A stretch of DNA of 64,000 nt from Eledone cirrhosa. Lineage: Eukaryota. Shown here piece after piece: positions 39,875-52,503 of the stretch (positions are counted from its first letter, which is position 1; each line of letters starts with the position of its first letter). The DNA lies in NCBI GenBank assembly GCA_964016885.1, contig OZ024743.1, positions 145,142,001 to 145,206,000 on the forward strand. The letters are read 5' to 3'. Below the pieces are notes generated by a model. It did no database searches. It saw only the letters and a list, made by a program, of their open reading frames with translations, and had not been told where the DNA came from. A program made the position numbers and the translations under genes.

Positions 39875-42800
39875 GATGGCTGCCCCCTCGTTATCGAGTA
39901 TGGCCATTGCACGAGAGAAAATATATATATATATATATATTAATAACAATAATAATAATAATAACAACAATAATAATAATAACGACAACAACAATAATAA
40001 TATACATATATATATACACACACACGCACACAAATATATCTATACGCACACACACACGATAGCAATTAACAGCGCTGCGATCGAATGTGGCTTTTTAGCC
40101 CAGCCAATGATCTATAATGTCTTGCACTGAGTCGGCAACCAAAACATTCACTGGGAATAGCCGGCTGTGGTTGGAGTTCATGTACTTTTGCATGTCGTTT
40201 GAGCCCTCCTGCCGATTTACATTCTCTACCACATGTTTGGCAAGCATGATGAGTAACATCTCCAACAGAAGCCTGGTAGTCAACCACTGGTCTTACTTTA
40301 TGACTGCGAAGATGACTTTCGAGTCCAGCTTTGCTTAGGAAGAGTCTCGAACAGACGCTGCATGTCAGCACCATAGGAGGACCCTCGCCGTCTGGAAGTG
40401 CAACAGCAATGCCCTTCCTCACATCCCGCTTTACTTTCTTGTATGCGATTCGAGATGCCTCAAAGGCAACTTTTCCCTCATATACAGTTTTTCTCCATTT
40501 ATTACGATCAGCAGCAATATTTTCCCATGTATCAGCAGAGATGTTAGCGTCTTTCAAAGAGGCTTTCAAGGAATCCTTATACCTCTTTTTTGGTTTATGT
40601 GGCGGTCGTTTTCCTTTAACTAACTCTCCATAAAAGAGAATCCTTCATCATGGCAAGGTGACCACTCCAACGGAGTCGTTGCTTAAGCACAAGAGCTTCT
40701 ATACTGTAACTCATAGAGCTTTCCAAAATCTCGACTTCACTGATGTGGTCCCTCCAGTGAACGCCATGGATCTGTCTGAGACACATCTGATGGAAACGCT
40801 CCAGTTGCTTAAGGTGGTGTCGATATGTGACCCAGGTCTCGCAGGCATAAAGAAGAGAAGAGAGCACACATGCCTTGTATACCTTTACCTTTGTGTTCTT
40901 GCATATGTCTCGCCGACCCCTGAGTCGCCTTTCTAGCTTTCCGAAAGCATCACTTGCTTTCCTAATCCTAAGTGTGATTTCACTATCAAGGTTGCTCTAT
41001 CGATTGACAGTGCTTCCCAGGTAGACAAACTGATCAACCACTCCAAGTCGTTTACCATACACATAGATATTTGGTTCACTGTACTGCTTACCAGGGGCAG
41101 GCTAGTACATGACATCGGTTTTCTTGAGACTGACAGTCAATCCTAGGGCAGTGCAAGCATCAGAAAATGCATTCAAAATGTGCTGCATATCACTTTGTGT
41201 GCGCTACAAGATCGCAATCATCTGCATACAAGAGGTCTCTTATGATTGATGTAAATACTTTTGTCTTTGCAGCAAAGCGCCTGTTGTTAATTATACTACC
41301 TGTGGTTCGATATCGGATGTAAACACCATGATCGCAATTCCTGAATGCAATACAGAAAACCATTGCAAAGTATATGGCAAACAGGGTCGGTGCTGGAATA
41401 TCCCCCTGTTTCATTCCATTTTTTACTGAGATAGGCTCCGACATGTTACCTCCGACATTAACCCAAGCCTTCATGTCGTCATGGAAAGACCTAACTAAAG
41501 CAAGGAACTTATCAGGGCAACCAAGTTTCTGGAGAACCTTCCATAATGAATTTCTGTTAACAGTATTGATAGCTTTTGTCAGATCGACAAAAACCTGATA
41601 CAGATCCAAGCCTTGTTCCATGCACTTCTCCTGGAGCTGTCTAGCTGAGAAGATCATATCAGTAGTGCCGCGTCCAGCACGAAAACCAGATTGACTTTCA
41701 GCAAGAACACAATCTGCAATGTGTGTCAGCAGACGGTCCAGAAGCACCCTACATAAAACTTTCCCTACAACAGAAAGCAATGATATACCTCTGTAGTTCC
41801 CACAATAATTCCTGTTACCCTTTCCCTTGTACAAGACCACCATTACTGCATCTCTCCAGTCCTCAGGTACGGATTCATTAGCCCATATCCTGCCAAATAA
41901 AGAGTGAAGATGTTGCAGGAGTCTCTCACCCCCATATTGTAGGAGCTCAGCATGTATGCCATCCATACCTGGAGACCTTCCACTGTTCAGCTTCGAGATA
42001 GCCACTGCAACCTGCACAGGCGTCGGAGGTTCTACGAGAGCTACTTTCACAGGACTTTCTGGAATGAGATTGAGGAAATCTTCATTGACGAGGAAGTTCT
42101 TTACCATCCTTGCTGCGAAGCGGTGTCACCAGAGAAGAAGACGGTCCATAAACTTTACGCAAGAGACTGTACAACAGCTTTGTGTTATTGGAATCTGACG
42201 CAGTTTGTATCTCATCAGCCTTCTCACTCCATCACTGATCCTTCATCTGAGAAAGACTCCACCTAACACGTGATTTCACATCCTTGAGTTCCTTATGCAA
42301 CGTACTCTTCTCCTGTGGTTTTTCCGTCAAGTAGCGTGACAGAGCATGCCTCTTATCAGCCAACAAGTCTTCTATATGTACATCATTCTCATTAAACGAG
42401 TCCTGATGTTTTCTCTGCACCAATCCCAGGACACGCCTGCCTACATCATAAACCGACTTTTTATGGGTCGGCCAATCCTCACCAAGTTCTGCGACCTGCA
42501 TCTCTTCTTGCAATCTTCTCTTCACATTGTTATCCTTAAGACGAGCAGCATTCAATATCCTGGGCAGGGCAACACCAGGAGCCCGGATTTTACGTTTAGT
42601 GATTAGTTTCACTTTTGCGCGTACCAGGCGGTGGTCCGTCCAGCACTCAGCTCCACAAAGAGCACGAATACACTGCACATCCTGTCTGTCACGCATCCTG
42701 ACTAGGACGTAGTCCAAAAGATGCCATTCCTTAGATGCAGGATGCATCCATGTGGTCTTGAATTTGTTCTTTTGTTGGAACATGGTGTTGGTAACACACA

Positions 42801-43460
42801 GATCCAGCTCCTCACACATCTGCAGCAGGAGCATACCATTGTTGTTACACTTTCCCACTTTATGCCTTCCGATTACATTCCATGTGTTAAAATCCCTACC
42901 CACTCTAGCATTAAAGTCACCAAGCACGATGACTTTGTCTGCCTCAGGGATATTTCTTAAAACACATTTCAAGGCATGGTAAAAGGACACTTTTTCTTCA
43001 TCGACAGAATTCATTGTTGGAGCATACACACTCACCAGGGTCGCATATCTTCCTTTGTCCAGCGGAATTCTCATGGACATGAGACACTCACTAATCCCTA
43101 CTGGGAATTCCTCTAATTTAATCACAAGAACAGTCTTAACTCAAATGCTAACCCAGCCTCTCTTCTGGTTCCTTCATCTCTTTCTTTCCAGAAGAATGTA
43201 TATTCTCCACAAAATTCTGTAAGATGACCATCTCCAGTTAACCTCGTCTCAGATAAAGCCACGATGTCAAGATCGTAACGTCGAAGTTCCTTTGCAACAA
43301 GAGCGGTCCTTCGTTCAGGACGCTCCAAGGATTCCCTGTCAAGCAGCGTCCGTACGTTCCAGCAGCCAAGACTAAATGCCTTGTTTGGTCCTATTACAGT
43401 GGCACGATGACGAGCGGGCCCAGGCTGTGATAACCTGTGGCCCCTGCCCATATTGCCAAT
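39875..43460 (-). mobile_element. Decayed RTE (BovB-like) LINE: APE endonuclease, RT, C-terminal C2H2 zinc fingers, (ATGT)n tail
   Basis: GCWNVRTL..RRTALVAKEL..IVALSETR, SVYAPT, LGDFNARVG, TDHRLV; QSGFRAGRGTTDMIFSARQLQEKC, KQGD, LLYADD; three C-x2-C-x12-H fingers at 40066-40370. The 5' boundary is uncertain (may extend to ~43.8 kb). Confidence 0.93.
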
Positions 43461-43987
43461 TTTCTTTTTTGTTCCAGAACCTTTATTGCCAATTATCTCT
43501 TTTATATTGTTTTGGAACATCATTGAATTGGGAAAAAAAAAAGTAATAATAATAGTAACAATAATAATAATAATAGGGATGAAAGGGAAAATAATTATAG
43601 AAAAAATTATAGTCGAAAAATGATAGAACAGAACACAAACAGAGACAAACGCAACAACGGACACGTTTCGAACACAACAACCCCTACTTCCCTTAGCAGC
43701 AGCAGCAACAACAACACTAGTAACCGGTGTTACTGGCCTTGTAAAACGAAAAACGCAAAGGAGAAAAACAAACAAAAAAGGGAGAGAAAAAAGGAAAGAA
43801 AAGCTAAGTTAGACATTCAAATATTACAATGAAACTTGTATTTGTTTTTGTTGTTTTTGTTTTGTTTTGTTTTTTTGGGTTTTTATCTATTTGTTTGTTT
43901 GTTTGTTTATGTTCGTCTACAGCGTGATGGTGCCACACTAAAATCACCGGGGTGATGAAATCACCGGTAGTTATGTAACCATACATT

Positions 43988-45203
43988 CACCAATCCTCGA
44001 TATGAGTGCTTAAATGTCCAACCTAAACAGTTCGAATAACGGTGAAGTGGAGACTGGAATGTCATGTGACAGACTCTCACCCAGCAGGTGCTCCCTGGCC
44101 CAGCAGCAGGGACCTGGCTATCATCCAAATACTGCTGGTGTTGGAGGAAGAGGAAGAAGGAAAGGGACCAGAACCAACTGGACGAAAGAATTGAATAGAA
44201 CTGTTATGCAATGTTACCTGAAGAGTAACCCCAAGGAAAAAGGCTATAGGAAACGGATACATGACAGAACGGATACATGACAGAACGGATACATAACGGA
44301 ACGAGACTGGTCTATTTAAATTAGATGAACAAAAATTGGCCGGGCAGGCTCGAGTAAGAAGAACTAATGGGTGGATAAGCGAGCTGGAACTGGAGGAACT
44401 GAGCAAAGAGATTAGGTTGGAAATGGAGAGTGGAGTATGTCAGGCAAACGAGCCAGTGGGAAATGAAGGTGAAGAGGTTGAGAGAACGGAGGAACCATCC
44501 GAAGCAGACAATGATCTGAATGCTGAAATAAATAATACCTGGAACAAAGATACGGCCATTGAGGAAATGAATGCTGACGGGCTAGGACAAGATTTGGTTG
44601 ATATCCTAAACTTAGTGGTAGATGAAATGAACAATGATAGTGGGAAACCTATGAACCTAAGATCTGGAACGCACTACGGAAAAAAAAATTAACAACAAAC
44701 GAGGAAGAATATATTGAGACAGATGGCACTAAGGAATACTGGTGGAACCTGAAAATAAAAACTGCCACCAAATTAAAGCACAACCGGCCTGATATTGTAG
44801 TTTGGGACCACACATTGAAAACGTGTTCTGTTGTGGAGATCAGCTGCCCACTTGATGTAAACGTTGTCAGAAAAATACAGGAGAAGGAGGACATCTACGG
44901 ACCATTGATGAGGAGTTTACAAATCCAGTATCCAAGATACACCTTTAGCTCATACCCATCATTATTGGTGCTACGGGTTATATACCAACCCGCTTGGACC
45001 AAAGTATGACTGAACTTGGATTTGCGGACAAAAAGCGCAGCTCCCTAATTCATAGTCTGCAAATGGCTGCGATAGCTGGCACCTTCAAAATTTGCAAAAC
45101 ATTCTTGCGATTCAAGGGATGACAATTTCTTTTCTTTTACAACCTTGCCACCAGGAAGGTGGCCGGTCAAAAAAATATACTCGAAATTAAGAGAAAGAGA
45201 AAA
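43988..45203 (+). mobile_element. Second R4/Dong-type family, RT entirely deleted (N-terminus joined to endonuclease)
   Basis: RTNWTKELNRTVMQCY..GYRKRIH...EQKLAGQARV, then at ~44700 EYWWN..HNRPDIVVWD..VVEISCP; ends at (CATA)n. Confidence 0.85.
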
Positions 45204-45218
45204 CATACATACATACAT

Positions 45219-45826
45219 GGTGGCTGCCAACTCGTTTTCGAGTACGGCCACTACTCTATATCCATGTAGGAGAACCCCTACCGATGCGCTGAACGAGTGT
45301 GACTTTTTAGTCCAGCCAGCGACTTGAAAACTCCGGTACAAACACCATACTTGTGACAATTATTGGCACATAGTGCTGGGCCCATGGTATCATGTGACGA
45401 CAAGTGAAGAGAGATCTCCAGATATAAAGCAATGCCTGTGCCGTGAAGCTTTTATAGTGAGCAAAGGCACTGCACAAAGCCAGTCCCACTCTCTTAACCA
45501 AGATGATATTTACCAAAAAGAAGAACAAGTCAACATCATTGGATACCATCAGGGTTGCAGGTGTTATATCAGAGTTTTCCTTCTCCTAGAATTCTGCCTT
45601 GACAAAGGCTAAGGGGTCATCTCTCCCGGTGATTTTGGATGGCCATTGACTCTTAAGAGCTCCTTTGCTCTTTGACAGGTTTTGTTTTTAGTCCTTCAGG
45701 ATGTCCAAAGTCACCCTCCTCACCAAGAAACCTTGGTGGGGTTGCCAGTTTAGTCGCCAACGACCCGACCATGGGACAGGTTGTACTGGAATACATGTTA
45801 CCAGTAGCACCAAGTGGTGACCTGAC
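45219..45826 (-). mobile_element. Bipartite non-autonomous RTE derivative, copy 4 (full length, ~608 bp)
   Basis: Same two ends as copy 5; (TACA)n on both sides. Confidence 0.87.
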
Positions 45827-45867
45827 ATACATACATACATACATACATACATACATACATACATACA

Positions 45868-45900
<33 letters not shown>

Positions 45901-46508
45901 GGTGGCTGCCAACTCGTTTTCGAGTACGGCCACCACTTTATATCCATGTAGGAGAACCCCTACCGATACGCTGAACGAGTGTGACGTTTTAGTCCAGCCA
46001 GCGACTTGAAAACCCTGGTACAAACACTACACTTGTGACAATTATTGACACATAGTGCTGGGCTCATGTTACCATATGACGACAAGTGTAGAGAGATCTC
46101 CAGATATAAAGCAATGCCTGTGCCGTGAAGCTTTTATAGTGAGCAAAGGCACTGCACAAAGCCAGTCCCACCCTCTTAACCAAGATGATATTTACCAAAA
46201 AGAAGAACAAGTCAACATCATTGGATACCATCAGGGTTGCAGGTGTTATATCAGAGTTTTCCTTCTCCTAGAATTCTGCCTTGACAAAGGCTAAGGGGTC
46301 ATCTCTCCCGGTGATTTTGGATGGCTATTGACTCTTAAGAGCTCCTTTGCCCTTTGACAGGTTTTGTTTTTATTCCTGCAGGATGTCCAAAGTCACCCAC
46401 CTCACCAAGAAACCTTGGTGGGGTTGCCAGTTTAGTCGCCAACGACCCGACAATGAGACAGGTTGTACTGGGATACATGTTACCAGTAGCACCAACTGGT
46501 GACCTGAC
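45901..46508 (-). mobile_element. Bipartite non-autonomous RTE derivative, copy 5 (full length, ~608 bp)
   Basis: Tandem with copy 4 across a (TACA)n tract. Confidence 0.87.
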
Positions 46509-46582
46509 ATAACATACATACATACATACATACATACATACATACATACATACATACATACATACATACATACATACATGCA

Positions 46583-47500
46583 TACGGTCGTAGCCAAAGA
46601 CCGCGCAATAATTTGACAAAATTGAAGGAAATATCTTATAAAACGAAAATAGAATTTAATACTAACTTTAAAGCATCAATTATATTGAAGCCGTTTTCCG
46701 ACATCAATTTTACACCAGATTAGTATTTTGTATGTTCACTTTTCGTCTTGATGACCGTTTCAATACGATGAAGCATACTAGATTTAATAACCTGGTAATA
46801 TTCTTGTGAAAGTTCTTTAATCCATACATCCTTAATCACCTCTTCTAAGGATCTCAATCTGGATGGTTGTTTGTCTGCAACTTTGTTCTTCGTATATTCC
46901 CATAAATTTCCTTTGGGACTGAAGTCATGAATATTTCCAGGCCACTGAAATGTTTTGACCTTAACCTGGTACAATCTTTGCTCTCTAGCATGAATATGTT
47001 GCATCAATGCATGCACATGTGTATTTTCAATTTTTCATTCAACAATTCCAGGTACTTTAGGCCATTCATAGTTGTACCAGATTCCAATAAATATAAACCA
47101 GCTGTTTCAGGCTTCGAAATATCGCCCAAAATCATCTGACTGGAGGGTGTTTCATTTTCTGTACGGTACATTTTACATCATAACTTTTTCCACGTGGTCT
47201 CCTAAGATGATGCCGACATTCTACAAACTGCTGAAGGTTTGATTCATCGAAAAACATGAAATGACCCATTGCTCTTCAGTCTACTGTTCACGATTTTTGC
47301 GAATGTCTTCTTATTCATATCCAAATCAATCTCAGCATGTAGCCCAAATTCATAAACTAACTAGAGTGATACAATACTACGACCTCCCTTCTGTACTTCT
47401 TAGAAGCAGTGCAGCTCTAGTTATTTTGCATGAACTTACAGGAAAACGTAAAGCGATGTATTTAATGAAACGATTAGCTCGTCTTGTCAGAATATGAGCC
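46583..47500 (-). mobile_element. Tc1-like transposase remnant
   Basis: WPGNIHDFSPKGNLW...SMLHRIETVIKTKSEHTKY* (compare WPGNSPDLNPIENLW..GGHTKY); FFDESK at ~47240-47257; TIR-like ta|cggtcgtagccaaa at 46583. Confidence 0.82.
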
Positions 47501-47707
47501 ACAAATTTTGTATTTGTTAATATCATTATGAACCATTGTCTTTCTACAAACTATTTTGAACAGAAATCGCCGGTTTTGAGTAACTTGTGTTATAATAGAG
47601 ATACTATCTTGGCTCTTTGAACTTCAAAATATGACGATTTGGAGGAGGAGGGGGGGGGGGCTGATTTTGGAAATATACAATCTTGACAAGAACAGTAAAT
47701 ATTTAGA

Positions 47708-47891
47708 TAATTGTTTCTACTTTTTGGCACAAGGTCAGCAATTACCCCAGTGCATTACTGGTACTTTATTTTATCGACCCTGTAAGGATGAAAGGCAAAG
47801 TTAACCTCGGCCGGATTTGAACTCAGAACGTAAAGGGCCATAATTCTAAGCTGCAAAACATGGGGTCTGACGCTCTACCGATACTGCCAAT
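47708..47891 (-). mobile_element. SINE family A
   Basis: Matches the family consensus. Confidence 0.9.
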
Positions 47892-48918
47892 CATCAATGA
47901 TGATGATGATGCAATAGATAAAAACTATTGCAAGTATTTAGTAAAGAACAAAGGGAATGAGGCAATATTTTTGCAACAACTGAGAAATTTTAGGTGTGTG
48001 GTCTTGAAATTTTAGCCATGAGTGTACAAAGTTAACGGAAATTTACGAGGAATCTATTCACCATATTCATAATGGAAAACTTATAAGAAAGTTACCAAGA
48101 GCTGGTTACACACTAATGACAACAGAAAAGAAAAGCAATAGAATTTTTCCAACGCAGCTGGGACTGAATTAAATTCTGTGCAGGCAATCTGATTCGGTAA
48201 ATATCTCAAACCAAGGAACACGGTCGGTTTTTGCATTTTAAAGATGACAGTAACCCCAGATTTTCCGTTTCGAGAAATGACTGTGTCAATAGAGCGTATC
48301 AGTAACAAGAAGAAACGGGCAAAACAGAAATTTCTACCACAATAACAATGCTACTCATTATATTGACAATGATGATCATGACAAACCTATCACTGTTATT
48401 ACCGCCATGTTGATCGACATCGGTACACAACCAATCACCAACAACTAACAATATCTCTCTCCCGCATAGAACTCTAATTCCTCATCCTCGGACATATACA
48501 TATGTCTACTCTTATGAACATATGCTATGTACTATCCACTGTATACAAAGGCTTCAACATGAGTAAGGGAGTAAGAAGATTGATCTCACTTGTGAGTAGA
48601 ATTTAGTAAACGGAAATTGCGAAAAAGCCTGGCATACACACTGAATGCTACCATTCTACTATACAACGATGTGGAACTGCTTTTTCTAATAACCAACTTT
48701 TAACTATCTTATTAATTTATGTTTGAGACACGTTGGCTGAATGCTTCTGACGGGAGCGGAAATATTTGTAAATTTGTAAATCGGTGGCCGATCGGGGGAC
48801 AGCATTGTATCAGATTCCAGTTGCTAATCACTTTACTGTGTCGGCCGTCACAAGCTGTCATAGCCGGCATGGACTTGAATTGCATTCTGTCGATCGATTG
48901 GTTATTGATTAGGCGATA

Positions 48919-49029
48919 CCCGCTGATGAATCCACATGCGCCGATTATGCATTGTTGCATAATATATGCAGACAGAAGGTGCAGTGCACCCTACTGCTGC
49001 ATTACGTGTGACCGAAACTCGAGTCCGGG
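48919..49029 (+). ncRNA. Type I hammerhead with an 84-nt branched stem II
   Basis: cccg-CTGATGA-[48930-49013]-GAAA-ctcgag-TC-cggg. Intact core, GUC cleavage triplet, palindromic loop III. Confidence 0.75.
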
Positions 49030-49301
49030 AACTATTATAAGCACCCGTTTACGTGTGTTGTATTGATGCGAATAAATGTGTATACTCTGGGAATGTATTC
49101 TACATTACCTATTCAGTACGCTGAAATACAACCGGTCCTGGCATTGTTAAATATGCTGGGTCCGTCAACTCCTTATTATATATATATATATATTTATTTA
49201 TTAAAATAACATTAAATATTTGCTCTAGGGTTCTTATATATATATTTATCCTTATCGAGCCCTCTTTGGATTTTAGTTTTCACATTTATTATTATTACTT
49301 T

Positions 49302-49550
<249 letters not shown>

Positions 49551-50600
49551 GCGCGTAAGTAAGTAAAAGTATCTGTGACTGAAACTAACTAAATAATAAA
49601 AGACGATTCATGCACACACTCACATAGACATTCTAGTATACATAAATACACACATACAGCGAGTTAAATACCTTTTCTTTCTTTGATTTCATTATATATA
49701 TTACAAGTATGTGCACTGATTTTGCAATGACAATAATATTCATGTTAACATATGCATATAGATTTATATAAGTACACCGACACTCATACACATACACTTT
49801 TAAACATTAATATAGTGATATGAAGTTCGGACAGACACTAACGAATGAATATAATATATACATATGAAACGTTAATAACTGCTGACACTGAAATACTTGT
49901 ATTGTCTGATCCACTGAAACATTTGTAGCAATACGAAGACAATCGTAATGAAAAGAGACAGTAGAACATTCAACTGGTGGAAAGCAATTTGATAAAAAGT
50001 GGCGAATTTAATGAAATTCCTATCCATTTAATCGAGAATATTCTTTTAAATCAAGATCCTTGATTTAAACTATCAAAATATAATAGAAGCATACATATTT
50101 ATATATAAATATATATGTACACGTTTGACGGAACATACATTTCATTATATACACATGAGCGTAATAAATATATATATATATATATATATCAATTGATTTG
50201 TGTTCGTATATGATTACTAGCAACTAGAGATGAATAGATGTTCTAGTTTTTGTAGTAATGAACAACCAGCCCGGAGGATGGTAGTTCTCATCATGCTATT
50301 ATCACAGCGTGGCTAATACCATTAACTTTCAACGGTTGAGCTCTCTAAAATAGTTACGTTCAACAGAGATAGCATAGTGCGACATCATTGTTTGGCGTAC
50401 GTTGTTTTCATATTATCAAGTGACTGTCTCGCAAGACAGTAAAACAATGCGAGAAAATCCACATTGAGACTTCTTAGTTAGTCGAGCTTCTTCTGTATCT
50501 CTTTCAGTTAAACATTGGACAAATGGCAGTATTTGCGCCCCCACCTCCAGCACCCAAACATTCTGACACATGCACACACACACACACAATGTGCATATGA

Positions 50601-50674
<74 letters not shown>

Positions 50675-50683
<9 letters not shown>

Positions 50684-51056
50684 TAAACGGAATAGAAAAT
50701 GCTGACAAATTGTTCACAGTGAAAAATAGTTTAATTAGGAATAAATGAGAATTAGTAATTGTATTGGTTAGTATTCAGTTTTGGTTTTAAGTTTTACCGG
50801 TTGCGCATTTCTAAATGCTTTTCAAAAATAATTTTGAGATAGAGCGTCCGTGATGTTTGCTCTGATCTGAGCAAACATCACGGACGCTCTATCTCAAAAT
50901 TATTTTTGAAAAGCATTTAGAAATGCGCAACCGGTAAAACTTAAAACCAAAACTGAATACTAACCAACACAATTACTAATTCTCATTTATTCCTAATTAA
51001 ACTATTTTTCACTGTGAACAATTTGTCAGCATTTTCTATTCCCTTTACCAATATAT
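50675..51056. repeat. Fold-back palindrome (~188-bp arms, 6-nt loop) abutting (TA)n
   Basis: Centre gctc-tgatct-gagc at 50859-50872. The right arm has a hairpin followed by GAAA-tgcgca. Confidence 0.95.
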
Positions 51057-51153
51057 AATAACTTGTGTGTTACACCTCTATTCTTTTAACTATATATATA
51101 TATATATGTATTTCGTTTCTGAATTTATTGGCAACATGACCCTCCCAAAGTAT

Positions 51154-51200
<47 letters not shown>

Positions 51201-51265
51201 GGAAAAAATAATTTCGCTCTACATGGCTGAATACAATAAATGTAATCTGAGTTTTTCGAATATTA

Positions 51266-51446
51266 ATAATTGTTTCTACTTTAGGCACAAGGCCAGCAAT
51301 TACCCAGTGCATTACTGGTACTTTATTTTATCGACCCCGTAAGGATGAAAGACAAAGTCAACCTCGGCGGGATTTGAACTCAGATCGTAAAAGGACGTAA
51401 CTATGCTGGAAAGCATGGCGTCCGACCCTCTACCGATACTGCCAAT
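51266..51446 (-). mobile_element. SINE family A
   Basis: Matches the family consensus. Confidence 0.9.
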
Positions 51447-51546
51447 AACATTCGATTCGTTTGCAATTGTGCAAACAAGCCTCATCTTTAAAGCAATGTC
51501 AGTAGAATGAAACCCTCATTCTTGTTCTTGTGTTGGCATGTAAACA

Positions 51547-51596
51547 GAACTGCAGACACTAATGTTTCTGGGTATCACCCTTCATCAGTACAGTTC
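51547..51596 (-). ncRNA. Compact type I hammerhead ribozyme motif
   Basis: Reverse complement: gaactgta-CTGATGA-a-gggt/gat/accc-a-GAAA-cattagtg-TC-tgcagttc. 8-bp stem I (one G-U pair), GUC triplet. Confidence 0.85.
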
Positions 51597-51898
51597 ACTG
51601 TGCACCTGCCAACTGTCAGAGCTAGTGAAAATATATGCTATTTTCTAAAATATAGTGACTGACTGGCCTGATTTGCATATTAGCAGATCCACATATATAT
51701 ATATATTCATGTATGTGTATTTATATTATTTTTATATAAAAAAATGTTTGCGCATGGATCTGAGTATACCTTTTCATTTTTTGGTACCCCCTTTTTACAC
51801 TCCCACCTGCGAGCGTGTGTGTATATATAGTTTGTCTGCCTATATGTTTATACACACACACGCACGTGTATGTATGCATGCATGTGTTTGTGTGTGTG

Positions 51899-51948
<50 letters not shown>

Positions 51949-51959
51949 TATATATATAA

Positions 51960-52490
51960 CTACCTGGTTGAGTGCTTATTCGATTTGTGCTATTTATGCA
52001 ATTTTTGGCATGATATACACATACTGAATTCATTTGCCAAAATCTGGGGTTTTTCCCCTTGTGAATTACACATATGCTTTTACGAAGCTCTATGTGATTC
52101 ACAAACTTGGTACAGAGAAAAATACCTGTTGAAAACGTGATATTCCTTGTTCGATCATTATACCTAAAGCTTATAGTTTTAAGCAGACAATATTATTGAT
52201 TTAGGTGTCTTAGAAACCCTGCATTTAGATTTTACCATCAATCCCAATGGGTCCAGGTCTGTTTTCTTATCATTTATTTTGTTTTGACCTGTTTAGCTTG
52301 ATTTGCTTTTTAGTTTAGGTGGTTAATGCTTTCTTGACCACTTTTTCAGTTTGTATGGCGTTTTAACATATTGTTTAGCTCTGGTTTTGGGGTTTTTTAA
52401 CTATGGAGCGCTTGCCAGCATAACTCTGATTTTTGCGTTTCGTTTCGGTTTTTCTAGCCGCCGAAATGCGATTCTCGCTTAATTTATATT
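51960..52490. repeat. ~530-bp dispersed repeat bounded by (TA)n; paralog at 57580-58112
   Basis: Colinear similarity from cttattcgatttgtgctatttatgc to gccgaaa(a)tgcgattctcgct. Confidence 0.85.
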
Positions 52491-52503
52491 TATATATATA
52501 TAT

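Noticed and set aside
31549-46294. Repeated ~79-aa ORF (..QCLCREAFIVSKG..) as a small gene family
   Set aside because: Antisense to the non-autonomous RTE derivative; conservation reflects recent copying.
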